From: Novosphingobium sp.
GTDB taxonomy: Bacteria; Pseudomonadota; Alphaproteobacteria; Sphingomonadales; Sphingomonadaceae
DNA length: 64,000 nucleotides
Assembly: GCA_031415355.1 (NCBI GenBank)
Contig: JANORN010000214.1
Location: 5,732-69,731 of the forward strand
Direction: 5' to 3'
Positions 1 through 10,828 of this stretch are shown here, one piece after another. The notes under the pieces were generated by a model. That model did not search any database and was not told the DNA's origin. It saw only the letters and a list, made by a program, of their open reading frames with translations. Both the position numbers and the translations under genes were made by a program. Position 1 is the stretch's first letter; every line of letters starts with the position of its first letter.

Positions 1-379
1 CAAACGCCACGCGGATGGGCGCTGGACCGATGCCTTCCGCTACGCCCGCACGCAGACCTTGCTGACGGCGCACGCGCGCGGGGTGATTGCAGTGGAGACG
101 CTGCACGCCGATTTCGCCGATGAAGCCGGGTTGAAACTGGCCGCCGAAGCAGCGCGGGCTGATGGTTTTGCCGGGATGCTGGCGATCCATCCGGCGCAAG
201 TCGCGGTGATCAATGCCGCCTTTACCCCCAGCGAGGCCGAACTGGCCGAAGCTCGCGCAATCGTTGCGGCCTTTGCCGAGCAGCCGGGGGCCGGGGCCTT
301 GCAAATCGACCGGCGGATGATTGACCGCCCGCACCTGAAACTGGCGCAGCGGCTGCTGGGGATTGCGGACGGGGGCTAG
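1..379 (+). CDS. CitE/HpcH-family CoA-ester lyase (citrate lyase beta-subunit-like), 5' truncated by window edge
   Basis: C-terminal motifs DGFAGMLAIHPAQV..IN.AFTPS and MIDRPHL typical of the CitE family. Confidence 0.8.
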   Translation, partial: KRHADGRWTDAFRYARTQTLLTAHARGVIAVETLHADFADEAGLKLAAEAARADGFAGMLAIHPAQVAVINAAFTPSEAELAEARAIVAAFAEQPGAGALQIDRRMIDRPHLKLAQRLLGIADGG

Positions 380-681
380 TCGTCGCTGGCTGCTTCGGCA
401 GCCGGTTCGGGTGCAGCTGCCGGGGTCGGCTGCGCCGCAGCGGCAGGACTTGCGGCAGCAGTTCGCGCGCCGCGCGGTTCGGGCGCCTCCGGCGCATCGC
501 TGGTGACCACCTTGGGGGCCAGCGGCGCCTGCGAGCGGACGGTATCGAGCGGCAGCATCGCATCGCTGGCTGAACCCGGCAGAATTTCGCCCTCAGCCGT
601 TGCCGCTGCCGTTTTTTGCGGGGCTTGGTCGCAAGCCGCCAGACCGAGCGCCGCCAGACAGACCAGATATCGCAGTTTCAT
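376..681 (-). CDS. Hypothetical lipoprotein, Ala/Pro-rich
   Basis: [17 protein letters not shown] lipobox signal; ATG at 681 overlaps the lipB stop. Confidence 0.7.
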   Translation of the reverse strand: MKLRYLVCLAALGLAACDQAPQKTAAATAEGEILPGSASDAMLPLDTVRSQAPLAPKVVTSDAPEAPEPRGARTAAASPAAAAQPTPAAAPEPAAEAASDD

Positions 682-1358
682 CAGGTTCCCTCCACCGGGC
701 AAGGCCGTTCCAGCGCGGCGAGAAAGTGATCCCGGCGCGCCAGCAAGGCGGCGTCCCAGGCGGCGCTATCCACGCTGCGGCCCAGCTGCGCAAGACTGGT
801 GACGCCGAATTCGGCGATCCCGCAGGGCACGATCCCGTCAAAATGAGTCAGATCGGGATCCAGATTAACCGAAAAGCCGTGCATCGTCACCCAGCGGCGG
901 ATGCGCACGCCGATTGCGCCAATCTTGGCCTCGCGCCCGTCTGGCCCGGTGGTCCAGATGCCGATCCGCCCCGGCGCGCGCCAGCTGTCCACCCCCAGAT
1001 CGGCCAGCGTGCCGATCACCCAGCCTTCCAGCGCATGGACAAACCCGCGCACATCGCGCGCGCGCCGCTTCAGATCGAGCAAGACATAGCCCACCCGCTG
1101 TCCCGGCCCGTGATAGGTATGCCGCCCGCCGCGTCCGGCCTCGACCACATCAAACCGGGGGTCGAGCACTTCGCTGCGGTCCGCGCTGGTCCCGGCGGTA
1201 TAGACCGGCGGATGTTCCAGCAGCCAGATCAACTCGGACGCGGTGCCAGCGGCAATTGCAGCGTTGCGCACGGTCATCGTGGACAGCGCATCGCGATAGG
1301 GCACCAGCCCGTCGCTGACCTGCCATTCGATCAATTCCGCTGGTGTTTGCTGCATCAT
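681..1358 (-). CDS. lipB: Lipoyl(octanoyl) transferase
   Basis: Motifs [38 protein letters not shown]; start at MMQQ. Confidence 0.95.
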   Translation of the reverse strand: MMQQTPAELIEWQVSDGLVPYRDALSTMTVRNAAIAAGTASELIWLLEHPPVYTAGTSADRSEVLDPRFDVVEAGRGGRHTYHGPGQRVGYVLLDLKRRARDVRGFVHALEGWVIGTLADLGVDSWRAPGRIGIWTTGPDGREAKIGAIGVRIRRWVTMHGFSVNLDPDLTHFDGIVPCGIAEFGVTSLAQLGRSVDSAAWDAALLARRDHFLAALERPCPVEGT

Positions 1359-1415
1359 CCGTTGCGTGGCGGCAATTGCTGTGGTTATCAAGCGGGCAGA
1401 TGCAGGGAGGCGAAC

Positions 1416-2228
1416 ATGCGGTTTGATAGCAACAAGGCGTGGCAGGATGCGGTGCAGGCGGTTTCCGCCAACAAGGACGTGCTGTGGGCACTGGCCGGGG
1501 TGTTCTATGTCCTGCCCAGTTTCGCTTTTGCGGTCGCGTTCCCGCAGCCGGACCCGACTGCCGGCGCAAGCCCCGAACAATTGCTGGCCCAGCTTGGCAC
1601 CTACTATACCACTGCTGCGCCGTTCATGCTGGTAACGGTGGTGCTGCAACTGTTGGGCACGCTGTCGATCCTGACCATGATGACTGACAGCCGCCGCCCG
1701 ACCGTCAGCGAAGCGATCCGGATCGGCGCGGCCAGCGTGCTGCCGGTGCTCGCCGCGCAATTGGTGATCGGTCTTGGGTTAGGCCTGGTTGCGGTGGTTT
1801 TGCTGGGCCTGGCCGGGATCACCGGATCAACGGCACTGGTTGTGGTGATGACGGTGATGCTGTTGGTGGTATTTCTGTACCTTTCGCTCCGGACGATCCT
1901 GGTTTCGCCAGTCGTTGCGGTTGATGGCCTGCGCAACCCGATCGCGGCGCTGCGCCGTTCGTGGGATCTGACCCGCGACAATGTTGGCGCGCTGGCACTG
2001 TTCTTGGTGCTGCTGATGATTGCGGTTGGCGTGGTGTTTGGCATCATCATGCTGGTGATTGGCATGATCCTGGCGGTGCTGACCGGACCAGACACGGCCA
2101 AGCTGATTGCCGCGTTGATCTCCAGCTTTCTGGTGGCGGGGATGACGGTGGTGTTCGTGGGCGTGATCGCCGCGGTGCACCGGCAATTGGCGGGACCGAC
2201 CGCTTCGACGGCCAGCACGTTTGACTGA
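1416..2228 (+). CDS. Multi-pass membrane protein (glycerophosphoryl diester phosphodiesterase membrane-domain-like)
   Basis: GGGAGG RBS before ATG 1416; about 6 hydrophobic helices; ALRRSW.LTR motif. Confidence 0.7.
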   Translation: MRFDSNKAWQDAVQAVSANKDVLWALAGVFYVLPSFAFAVAFPQPDPTAGASPEQLLAQLGTYYTTAAPFMLVTVVLQLLGTLSILTMMTDSRRPTVSEAIRIGAASVLPVLAAQLVIGLGLGLVAVVLLGLAGITGSTALVVVMTVMLLVVFLYLSLRTILVSPVVAVDGLRNPIAALRRSWDLTRDNVGALALFLVLLMIAVGVVFGIIMLVIGMILAVLTGPDTAKLIAALISSFLVAGMTVVFVGVIAAVHRQLAGPTASTASTFD

Positions 2229-2252
2229 CCCAGCGAACAGCGCCCATTCAGG

Positions 2253-2897
2253 CTATTCCTTCCAGCCCCAGAACAGCTTGCACGGCAGCACATTGAGTGG
2301 TTCGTATCCCGCATCGATGTGGGTGAAGTGCTTCGCCATGAAGTCGCGCGCCTTGGCGGAAAACTGATAGACCCGACAGGCCCCGCCCGGGCGCAGCACG
2401 CGGTGGGTGGCGGCGGCAATCGCCGGGCCGATCCCGTCGGGTAGAGTGGAAAACGGCAAGCCGGACAGGACATAGTCGGCATGGTCAAACCCGTGCGCGC
2501 GGACGATTGCCTCCACGTCTGCGGCTGATCCCAGCACCGGGATAAACCGGCTGTCGGCAATCGTCGCTTTCAGATAGTCGATAAACAGCGGGTTGGTATC
2601 GATCACGATCAGCTTGCCATCGCGCGGCAGCCGTTCCAGCACCGGGCGGGAGAACGTACCGACGCCGGGTCCAAATTCAACGAACAACTGGCATTCGTCC
2701 CACTTCACCGGCCCCAGCATCTTGGCGATGGTAAACCGCGACGACGGAATGATCGATCCCACCATCACCGGATGTTCGATAAAGCCTTGCAGGAAGACAC
2801 CCCACGGACCCAGCGCGCGCATGATCCGGCGTTTCAAGCGCTGCGGCAGGGGCTCATGTACAAGCTCGGAACTCGGCATGCGGGGAAATAACCTCAC
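2253..2897 (-). CDS. pmtA: Class I SAM-dependent phospholipid N-methyltransferase-like
   Basis: VGSIIPSS, VEFGPGVG SAM motif, SGLPF; start uncertain. Confidence 0.7.
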   Translation of the reverse strand: MRLFPRMPSSELVHEPLPQRLKRRIMRALGPWGVFLQGFIEHPVMVGSIIPSSRFTIAKMLGPVKWDECQLFVEFGPGVGTFSRPVLERLPRDGKLIVIDTNPLFIDYLKATIADSRFIPVLGSAADVEAIVRAHGFDHADYVLSGLPFSTLPDGIGPAIAAATHRVLRPGGACRVYQFSAKARDFMAKHFTHIDAGYEPLNVLPCKLFWGWKE

Positions 2898-2983
2898 GTG
2901 TGGCTACGCACTGATACGCAGGATCAGGCGTTTGCAAATTTGCCCGCCCATTGCAAGGCAAGAGCGACAGGCTTAGCGACAGG

Positions 2984-4333
2984 ATGATGTCGATTCCCCC
3001 TCCCGCGCCAACTGCACAGCTTCAAGCCGCCACCGTTACCCTGCCGCCCGGGCGGGTCGCCCTGCTGTTTGTGGTGATGCTGGTGACGGCGGCTGGCAAT
3101 ACCGCGATGCAATCGGTGATGCCGTCAATCGGCACGGCTTTGCAGGTGCAGGATGTCTGGATCAGCCTGGCCTATACTTGGTCCGCTTTGCTTTGGATGA
3201 TCTGCGCGCCGATGTGGGCGCGCAGATCGGACCAGCGCGGGCGCAAGGCCATGATGGCGGTTGGGCTGCTGGGCTTCATCGCCAGCTTCACGCTGTGCGG
3301 GATCACCTTGTGGCTCGGGCTGAACGGCTGGCTGGGCGCGACCGCGACGCTGCTGGTCTTCGCGCTATGCCGCTCGCTCTACGGCGGATTCGGCTCTGCT
3401 GCGCCGCCAGCGGTCCAGGCCTATGTCGCCAGCCGCACTTCGCGCGCGGAGCGGACCCAGTCGTTGTCGCTGCTGTCATCGAGCTTTGGTTTGGGCACGG
3501 TACTGGGCCCCGCGCTTGCTCCATTGCTGATCGTGCCCGGGCTGGGTCTGGTCGGCCCGTTTGTGGTCTTCGCGCTGATCGCGGTGGTGGTGCTGGTCAC
3601 GCTGCGCTGGCGCTTGCCCGATGATACGCCCGCCTTTGCCGCGCGCGGCGATGTGATCGCCGCACCGTTCAGCGCCAGCTCGGATTCGCGGGTGCGCGGC
3701 AGCGATGAGGAGGAGAGCCGCGAACGTGTGACAGTTGAAAAGCTGCGCTGGACCGATCCGCGCCTGCGCCCGTGGCTGGTCGCTGGGGTTGTCGGCGGCC
3801 ATGCTCAGGCGGCAGTGATCGGGATCGTCGGCTTTCTGGTGCTTGACCGGCTTGGGCTACGCGCCAATCCGCTCGCCGGCGCCGGACCGACCGGGACGGT
3901 GTTGATGGCGGGGGCCTGCGCATCGTTGCTGGCGCAATGGGGGATCATTCCGCGCTGGCATCTGGGGCCGCGTGCGTGTTGCTTGGCCGGGATGGTGCTC
4001 GCTGCACTGGGAGTAGCTTTGCTCGCTGTTGCGCAGAACCTGCATGCGATAGCGATGGGCGTGGCGCTGTCTTCGCTCGGTTTCGGGCTGTTTCGTCCCG
4101 GCTTTACCGCCGGTGCTTCGCTGGCGGTGACGCGCGCCGAACAGGGCCAGTCGGCCGGGATCGTCGCCTCGGTCAACGGCTCGGCCTATATCTTGGCCCC
4201 CGCCGTCGGGGTCTGGCTCTATGGCCATTCGGACTGGCTGGGCTTCATCGCAATCGAAGCACTGTGCCTGTGGGTGTTCGTGCTGGCGCTGCGCGGGATG
4301 GCACGCGATGAGGATCTAACCGGGGTGCGTTAG
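2984..4333 (+). CDS. MFS transporter
   Basis: About 12 TM segments; SDQRGRK motif A; start approximate. Confidence 0.88.
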   Translation: MMSIPPPAPTAQLQAATVTLPPGRVALLFVVMLVTAAGNTAMQSVMPSIGTALQVQDVWISLAYTWSALLWMICAPMWARRSDQRGRKAMMAVGLLGFIASFTLCGITLWLGLNGWLGATATLLVFALCRSLYGGFGSAAPPAVQAYVASRTSRAERTQSLSLLSSSFGLGTVLGPALAPLLIVPGLGLVGPFVVFALIAVVVLVTLRWRLPDDTPAFAARGDVIAAPFSASSDSRVRGSDEEESRERVTVEKLRWTDPRLRPWLVAGVVGGHAQAAVIGIVGFLVLDRLGLRANPLAGAGPTGTVLMAGACASLLAQWGIIPRWHLGPRACCLAGMVLAALGVALLAVAQNLHAIAMGVALSSLGFGLFRPGFTAGASLAVTRAEQGQSAGIVASVNGSAYILAPAVGVWLYGHSDWLGFIAIEALCLWVFVLALRGMARDEDLTGVR

Positions 4334-4360
4334 AGCAACCAGTGATAAATCTGAACTAGA

Positions 4361-4450
4361 CCCGCTCATGCTGAGCTTGTCGAAGCACCCGCCTGTTACG
4401 GCACGGTAGCGTTTGCGCGATGGTCCTTCGACAGGCTCAGGATGAGCGGG
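4361..4450. repeat. REP-like inverted doublet
   Basis: cccgctcatgctgagcttgtcgaagc (4361-4386) and inverted ccttcgacaggctcaggatgagcggg (4425-4450) between convergent genes; the same unit recurs at 8534, 17348 and 55901. Confidence 0.85.
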
Positions 4451-4503
4451 AATTTAGCGAAGTGATTCAGAGTTTGTGGTTCATGGGTTAGCCGCCGTGG
4501 ACG

Positions 4504-4848
4504 TCACAGAATCTCGCGCACTGTGTCTTGCGGTCGGCACAGCCGCACACCCTTGTCGGTTTCCACCAGCGGCCGTTCGATCAGGGCCGGATTTGCAGTC
4601 ATGACCGCCAGCACGGTTGCGGCATCGGCATCGGGCAACCCGCGCTCCACCGCATCGGTGCCGCGCAGGCGCAGCCCTTGCTGCGGGGTGATCCCGGCGT
4701 CGCGGTAAAGCTGCGCCAGTTTGTCCGCGCTGGGCGGGTGTTTCAGATATTCCACCACGGTCACGTTCAGTTCCGAGGTTTCGTGCAGAATCGCCAGCGT
4801 CTTGCGCGAGGTTCCGCAGCCCGGATTGTGCCAGATTGTCGCGTGCAT
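4504..4848 (-). CDS. arsC: ArsC-family (glutaredoxin-type) arsenate reductase
   Basis: HNPGCGTSR, LIERP, RLCRP motifs. Confidence 0.85.
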   Translation of the reverse strand: MHATIWHNPGCGTSRKTLAILHETSELNVTVVEYLKHPPSADKLAQLYRDAGITPQQGLRLRGTDAVERGLPDADAATVLAVMTANPALIERPLVETDKGVRLCRPQDTVREIL

Positions 4849-4918
4849 CCCTCGGTCTCCTGCTTCGGTCGTGGCTTTCATACCGCCGATTAGCGCTTGC
4901 GGCAATTTGACCCTTGCC

Positions 4919-4971
4919 AATGCGAACGATTCGCATTAGCGGGCCAATAGCTATTGCGAATAATTCTCAAA
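4919..4971 (+). promoter_or_regulatory. Two tandem alphaproteobacterial Fur-type boxes
   Basis: Palindrome aatgcgaa-cga-ttcgcatt (4919-4937) and near-palindrome attgcgaataattctcaaa (4953-4971) just upstream of a TonB siderophore receptor. Confidence 0.75.
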
Positions 4972-4987
4972 AAGGTTTGATCATCCC

Positions 4988-7051
4988 ATGCTGGTTCGTC
5001 GCTCACTGCTTGCCGCCACCTCCGTTCTGGCTTCGCTCGGCGGGACTGGCGCGGCGTGGGCGGAGGAGGCACCAGGGATCATCGTTTACGGGCGGCCAGA
5101 GGGCTATGATACCGACGAAACCGGCACCGCGACTAAGACCCAGACCCCGCTGCTGGATGTACCGCAAGCGATCAGCGTGCTCAGCCGCGAACAGCTCGAC
5201 GATCAGGGGGTCGATCAACTGGGCCAGGCGCTGCGCTATGTTCCCGGCGTCGTGCTGGGCCAGGGCGAAGGCCACCGCGATCAGATCACAATCCGCGGCC
5301 AGAACTCCACCGCCGATTTCTTCCTCGATGGCCTGCGCGATGATGCACAGTACTATCGTGCGCTGTACAACATCGAACGGGTGGAGGTGCTGCGCGGCGC
5401 CAATGCGCTGATCTTCGGCCGTGGCGGCGGCGGCGGGGTGATCAACCGCGTGTCGAAGGCCCCGGTGTTCAGCCGGACCAAAGCCTCGGCCTCGGCTGCG
5501 GTGGACAGCTTTGGCGCGTGGAGCGTCGCTGGCGACATCGGCGCACCGTTATCCGACGCGGTGGGCCTGCGCCTGAACGCCACCTACGAGGAATTTGACA
5601 ATCACCGCCAGGACTATGCCGGGCACTTCATCGGCATTACGCCAACGCTGGGGGTCAAGCTGGGCGATGCGACCACCTTCGCGGTTACTTACGAATATGC
5701 CGAAGACCGCCGCAGCACCGATCGCGGCGTGCCATCGCGCGACAAAGTGCCGCTCACCGGCTTTGACGAAACGTCGTTTGGCTCCGCCGCGATCAACCGC
5801 AGCGATGTGACCGCGCATCTGGTTCACGCCCGGCTCGATCACGAATTTTCGGACGCGCTGTCGGTCAATCTGTCGGGGCAGTTCGCCGACTATGACAAGT
5901 ATTACGGCAACGTTTATGCGAACAGCGCGGTGTCGGCGGCAAACACGCTGACCCTCGCGGCCTATCGCACCCCCACCCAGCGCCGCAACTGGATCGGCCA
6001 AGGCAATCTGGTGTGGAAGACCACCACCGGCGGGATCGGCCACACTCTGCTGCTCGGCTTTGAAGCGGGCGATCAGAACACCGTTTCAACCCGCGAGAAC
6101 GGCACCTTCCCCGGCGGCGCGACCGTCACGCTGGCACAGCGGATCACTATTCCGACCGTGACCTTCCCCGCCATCACCAGTTCTACCGATTCGTCAGTGC
6201 AGACACTCTCCGCCTATCTGCAGGACCAGATTGACATCGGCGATCATGTGAAGCTGGTGCTGGGGCTGCGCTATGATGATTTCCAGATCGCCTCGCTTAA
6301 CCGGATCAACGGATTTGCGGGTGCGCGCAGCGACGGTAAATGGTCGCCGCGTGTCGGCTTGGTGCTGAAGCCGCAGGACAATCTCTCGCTCTACGCCAGC
6401 TATGCGCGCAGCTTCCTGCCGCAGTCGGGCGACCAGTTCACCGTGCTTGATATTACCACCCAGACGCTCGCGCCAGAAGAATTCCGCAACGTGGAGGCCG
6501 GGCTGAAGTGGGACCTGACCGAGCGGCTGGCGTTTACGCTCGCGGCTTACCAACTCGACCGCAGCAATACCCGCGCCAACGATCCGATCAGCGGCAGCGC
6601 CGTGCTCACCGGCTCCAGCCGCGTGCGTGGGATCGAGGCCGGGCTGGTCGGCGAAGTGACGCCGGAGCTGCACCTGACGCTGGGCTATGCCCATCAGGAC
6701 GGCGAGATCCGCACGACCACCGCCGCCGCGCCCGCGGGCCGCCCAATCGCGCAGCTCCCCCGGCATCAGGCCTCGGCCTGGGGACGCTATGACGTGACCG
6801 ACAGTTTTGGCGTGGCGCTGGGCGTGGTGCACCAGTCCAGCCAGTTCGCCACGATCAGCAACCAGGTGCGGCTGCCCGCGTTCACCCGCGTGGACGCCGC
6901 GCTGTTCCTTGATCTGTCAGACCGAATCGCGCTGCAGCTGAATGTCGAAAACCTGACCGACACCGACTATTTCCCCAGCGCGCACACCGATAACAACATC
7001 AGCACCGGCGAGCCGATCAATGCGCGGCTTTCGCTCAAGCTGAAATTCTGA
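4988..7051 (+). CDS. TonB-dependent siderophore receptor
   Basis: Signal peptide; plug motifs TKT.TPL.DVPQ and IERVEVLRG; NVENL.D; C-terminal Phe. Confidence 0.95.
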   Translation: MLVRRSLLAATSVLASLGGTGAAWAEEAPGIIVYGRPEGYDTDETGTATKTQTPLLDVPQAISVLSREQLDDQGVDQLGQALRYVPGVVLGQGEGHRDQITIRGQNSTADFFLDGLRDDAQYYRALYNIERVEVLRGANALIFGRGGGGGVINRVSKAPVFSRTKASASAAVDSFGAWSVAGDIGAPLSDAVGLRLNATYEEFDNHRQDYAGHFIGITPTLGVKLGDATTFAVTYEYAEDRRSTDRGVPSRDKVPLTGFDETSFGSAAINRSDVTAHLVHARLDHEFSDALSVNLSGQFADYDKYYGNVYANSAVSAANTLTLAAYRTPTQRRNWIGQGNLVWKTTTGGIGHTLLLGFEAGDQNTVSTRENGTFPGGATVTLAQRITIPTVTFPAITSSTDSSVQTLSAYLQDQIDIGDHVKLVLGLRYDDFQIASLNRINGFAGARSDGKWSPRVGLVLKPQDNLSLYASYARSFLPQSGDQFTVLDITTQTLAPEEFRNVEAGLKWDLTERLAFTLAAYQLDRSNTRANDPISGSAVLTGSSRVRGIEAGLVGEVTPELHLTLGYAHQDGEIRTTTAAAPAGRPIAQLPRHQASAWGRYDVTDSFGVALGVVHQSSQFATISNQVRLPAFTRVDAALFLDLSDRIALQLNVENLTDTDYFPSAHTDNNISTGEPINARLSLKLKF

Positions 7052-7222
7052 CCGAACAGGCTGGTCCATTCAGGGCCAGCCCCACCACCTGCCCCATCAC
7101 TTTCACAGCCCCTTCCCTTACGGCTTCGGGTTAAAACTAATCGCGCGGTTAATTGCCCCTTGGCCTTGCGGCGAGCCTCTGGCACTGAGTGTCAGAGACT
7201 CGACTGTAGCAGGAGCGGCACC

Positions 7223-8512
7223 ATGGATTTTGAACCCACAGAACGGCAACTGTATTGGCGTGACCGCGTGCGGCAATACATCGAAAACCATGTCCGCCCG
7301 CGCCATCACGAATACAAGACGCAGAAGGCTGAAGGCGAGCGCTGGAAGGTGCTGCCCGTGGTTGAAGAGGAAAAGGCCCGCGCCAAGGCGCAGGGGATCT
7401 GGAACCTGTTCATGCCGCCGCAGGCCGGGCGCGCTCACGTGGAAGACAGTTTTGAATTTGAAGGGCCGGGCCTGACCAATCTGGAATATGCCCTTTGCGC
7501 CGAAGAAATGGGCCGCGCGGGCTGGGCCAGTGAGGTGTTCAACTGCTCCGCGCCCGATACCGGCAACATGGAAGTGTTCCACCGCTATGGAACGCTGGAG
7601 CAAAAGGAACGCTGGTTGCGCCCGCTGATGAATGGCGAGATCCGCTCGGCCTTCCTGATGACTGAGCCAGCGGTTGCGAGTTCGGATGCGACCAACATCG
7701 AATGTTCGATCCGCCGCGAAGGCGATGAATATGTGATCAACGGCCGCAAATGGTGGTCATCCGGCGCAGGCGATCCGCGTTGCGAGATCGCCATCCTGAT
7801 GGGCAAGACCGATTTTGAAGCAAAGCGCCAAGCACAGCAATCAATGGTGCTGATGCCGCTGGACACGCCCGGTATCAAGATTGAACGGCACTTGCCCGTT
7901 TACGGTTATGACGATGCGCCGCACGGCCACATGGACATCACCATGACCGACGTGCGGATCCCGGCGAGCAACATGCTGCTGGGCGAAGGTCGCGGGTTCG
8001 AAATCGCGCAGGGCCGCCTCGGGCCAGGCCGGATTCACCACTGTATGCGCACGATCGGCGTGGCTGAGGAAGGCCTGGCCAAAATGTGCAAGCGGCTGCA
8101 ATCGCGCATCGCCTTTGGCAAGCCGGTGGCGGATCAATCGATCTGGCACGAGCGGGTGGCGCGCGCGCGGATCGACATTGAAATGACCCGGCTGCTGTGT
8201 TTGAAAGCCGCCGACATGATGGACAAGGTCGGCAACAAGGCCGCAGCAGGCGAAATCGCGATGATCAAAGTTCAGGCCCCGACCATGGCGCTCAAAATCC
8301 TGGACGACGCCGTGCAGGCGCATGGCGCGGGCGGGGTTTCCGAAGACTTCGGCCTCGCCGAAGCCTGGGCGCACCAGCGCACCCTGCGGATCGCCGACGG
8401 CCCGGACGAGGTCCACAGCCGCGCGGTTGCCCGGATCGAGTTCGCCCGTCACGCACCGATGCCGGACAAGGGCGGTGCGTTCAGTTCGGCCGATGTCGGG
8501 GTGAGCCGGTAA
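7223..8512 (+). CDS. Acyl-CoA dehydrogenase
   Basis: AGGAG RBS; [37 protein letters not shown]. Confidence 0.95.
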   Translation: MDFEPTERQLYWRDRVRQYIENHVRPRHHEYKTQKAEGERWKVLPVVEEEKARAKAQGIWNLFMPPQAGRAHVEDSFEFEGPGLTNLEYALCAEEMGRAGWASEVFNCSAPDTGNMEVFHRYGTLEQKERWLRPLMNGEIRSAFLMTEPAVASSDATNIECSIRREGDEYVINGRKWWSSGAGDPRCEIAILMGKTDFEAKRQAQQSMVLMPLDTPGIKIERHLPVYGYDDAPHGHMDITMTDVRIPASNMLLGEGRGFEIAQGRLGPGRIHHCMRTIGVAEEGLAKMCKRLQSRIAFGKPVADQSIWHERVARARIDIEMTRLLCLKAADMMDKVGNKAAAGEIAMIKVQAPTMALKILDDAVQAHGAGGVSEDFGLAEAWAHQRTLRIADGPDEVHSRAVARIEFARHAPMPDKGGAFSSADVGVSR

Positions 8513-8533
8513 TACCCAGCGTGGCGCAGTAGA

Positions 8534-8602
8534 CTTCGACAAGCTCAGCCTGAGCGGACTTTGCTTTAAACCCAAACCCGCTCATCCTGAGCCTGTCGAA
8601 GG
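8534..8602. repeat. REP-like inverted doublet
   Basis: cttcgacaagctcagcctgagcgg ... cccgctcatcctgagcctgtcgaagg. Confidence 0.85.
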
Positions 8603-8635
8603 ATGTCGCGCGATCTATCGGATTCGGAGACCCAA

Positions 8636-9727
8636 ATGAAAGCCGCCGTCCTCATTGCCCCGAACCAGCCGCTGGAGATCGAAGAACTCAGCATCAGCAA
8701 CCCCGGTCCGCATGAAGTGCTGATCCGCACGGCGGCTTGCGGCCTGTGTCATTCGGACTTGCACTTCATCGAAGGCACCTATCCGCATCCATTGCCCGCC
8801 GTGCCCGGCCACGAAGCCGCCGGAATCGTTGAGGCGGTGGGCAGCGAGGTGCGCACGGTCAAGGTCGGCGATGCCGTCGTCACTTGCCTGTCGGCGTTCT
8901 GCGGCCACTGCGAATTCTGCGTCACTGGGCGGATGGCCTTGTGCCTGGGCGGCGATACCCGCCGCGCCCCGGGCGCAGCCCCGCGCTTGGCCCGTTCCCG
9001 CGACGGCAGCCCGGTCGCCCAGATGCTCAACTTGTCGGCCTTTGCCGAAATGATGCTGGTCCACGAACACGCCTGCGTCGCGATCAATCCCGACATGCCG
9101 CTGGACCGCGCCGCGATCATTGGCTGCGCCGTAACCACCGGGGCCGGCACGATCTTCAACGCCTGCAAGGTCACGCCGGGTGAAAGCGTCGCGGTGGTCG
9201 GCTGCGGCGGGGTGGGCCTGGCGACGATCAACGCCGCCAAGATCGCCGGGGCCGGGCGGATCATCGCCGCCGATCCGGTGCCCGAAAAACGCGCGCTGGC
9301 GCTCAAGCTGGGCGCAACCGACGTGGTGGACACCGGCGATGCTGATGCGGCGGCGCAGATCCTCGAGCTGACCAAAGGCGGGGTCGATCACGCGATCGAA
9401 GCCGTTGGCCGCCCAGCTTCGGCGGCGCTGGCGGTGAGTTCGTTGCGGCGCGGCGGCACCGCCACGATTCTGGGGATGATGCCGCTGGGTGAAAAAGTTG
9501 GCCTGTCGGCGATGGACTTGCTGTCGGGCAAGAAGCTGCAAGGCGCGATCATGGGGATGAACCACTTCCCGGTCGATTTGCCCAGGCTCGTGGAATTCTA
9601 TCTGCGCGGCCTGCTTGATCTGGACAGCATCATCGCCGAGCGAATCCCGCTGAGCGAAATCAACGCCGGGTTTGACAAGATGAAGGCGGGCCATTCGGCG
9701 CGCTCGGTGATCGTGTTCGACCAGTAA
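8636..9727 (+). CDS. Zn-dependent alcohol dehydrogenase (MDR family)
   Basis: CHSD, GHEAAG, CGHCEFC structural Zn site, GCGGVG. Confidence 0.93.
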   Translation: MKAAVLIAPNQPLEIEELSISNPGPHEVLIRTAACGLCHSDLHFIEGTYPHPLPAVPGHEAAGIVEAVGSEVRTVKVGDAVVTCLSAFCGHCEFCVTGRMALCLGGDTRRAPGAAPRLARSRDGSPVAQMLNLSAFAEMMLVHEHACVAINPDMPLDRAAIIGCAVTTGAGTIFNACKVTPGESVAVVGCGGVGLATINAAKIAGAGRIIAADPVPEKRALALKLGATDVVDTGDADAAAQILELTKGGVDHAIEAVGRPASAALAVSSLRRGGTATILGMMPLGEKVGLSAMDLLSGKKLQGAIMGMNHFPVDLPRLVEFYLRGLLDLDSIIAERIPLSEINAGFDKMKAGHSARSVIVFDQ

Positions 9728-9739
9728 GGATGCCACCAG

Positions 9740-10819
9740 ATGACTGACCGCGAAGCGATCAATGCCGAGGAAGCCTTTGTCGGCACGGTGGTTCCCGAAG
9801 GCGCCGACGCGCTGGACGAAGGCAAGCTGGCCGTCTGGCTGGAAGCCAATGTGGAGGGCTATCGCGGCCCGCTGACCCTGACCAAGTTCAAGGGCGGGCA
9901 AAGCAACCCGACCTACAAAATCGAAGCGGCGAGCGGCAATTATGTGCTGCGGCGCAAGCCGTTCGGGCCGCTGCTCCCTTCGGCCCATGCGGTGGACCGC
10001 GAATACAAGGTCCAGGCCGGGCTGTTCAAAACCGGCTTCCCGGTTGCCCGGCAATATGGGCTGTGCACCGATGACAGCGTGGTCGGCAGCTGGTTCTACG
10101 TCATGGGCATGGTCGATGGCCGCACGATCTGGGACGGATCGATGCCCGGCTCCACCCCGGAATACCGCCGCGCCACTTACGAAGCGATGATCGATACACT
10201 CGCCCGGCTGCACAACACCCCGGTCGAGGCCGCCGGGCTGGAAGACTTCGGCAAGCCCGGCAATTACTTCGGGCGCCAGGTCGAACGCTGGACCAGGCAG
10301 TACCGCCTCGCCGAGACTGAGCACATGCCCGTGGTCGAGCGCTTGATCGAATGGCTGCCGACCACCCTGCCGCAGCAAGACCGCACCACGGTGGTGCATG
10401 GCGACTACCGCATTGATAACATGATCTACGCTCATGATCGCCCCGAAGTCCTCGCGGTGCTCGATTGGGAACTATCCACCTTGGGCGATCCGCTCGCCGA
10501 TTTCACTTATGTCGCCATGGCCTGGGTGACCGAAAATGCCGGGCGCTCGGGCGTGCAGGATCTGGACCGCAAGGCGCTCGGCATTCCCGAACTGGACGAA
10601 GTCGTCGCCCGCTATTGCGCCGCCACCGGCCGCACTTCGGTGCCCAATATGGACTGGTACTTCGCTTACAACTTCTTCCGGCTGACCGGGATCATCCAGG
10701 GCATCAAGAAGCGCGTGATCGAAGGAACTGCCTCGTCCAGCCATGCCAAGGATATGTCCGAACGGGTGCAGCCACTCGCCGAACGCGCCTGGGACTTCGC
10801 GCAAGCCGCCGGAGCGTAG
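9740..10819 (+). CDS. APH-like phosphotransferase family protein (ACAD10/11-type partner)
   Basis: GGQSNPT, HAVDRE, HGDYRIDN, LDWELS.LGDP. Confidence 0.9.
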   Translation: MTDREAINAEEAFVGTVVPEGADALDEGKLAVWLEANVEGYRGPLTLTKFKGGQSNPTYKIEAASGNYVLRRKPFGPLLPSAHAVDREYKVQAGLFKTGFPVARQYGLCTDDSVVGSWFYVMGMVDGRTIWDGSMPGSTPEYRRATYEAMIDTLARLHNTPVEAAGLEDFGKPGNYFGRQVERWTRQYRLAETEHMPVVERLIEWLPTTLPQQDRTTVVHGDYRIDNMIYAHDRPEVLAVLDWELSTLGDPLADFTYVAMAWVTENAGRSGVQDLDRKALGIPELDEVVARYCAATGRTSVPNMDWYFAYNFFRLTGIIQGIKKRVIEGTASSSHAKDMSERVQPLAERAWDFAQAAGA

Positions 10820-10828
10820 AGCACCGCT

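Noticed and set aside
600-1415. 5' extension of the 542-aa ORF
   Set aside because: Antisense to lipB; the RBS and hydrophobic domain point to a start at 1416.
8615-10435. Long antisense ORFs (606 aa here; also 11447-12877, 50867-51982, 56062-57345)
   Set aside because: Shadow ORFs opposite well-supported genes in high-GC DNA, with no recognisable motifs.
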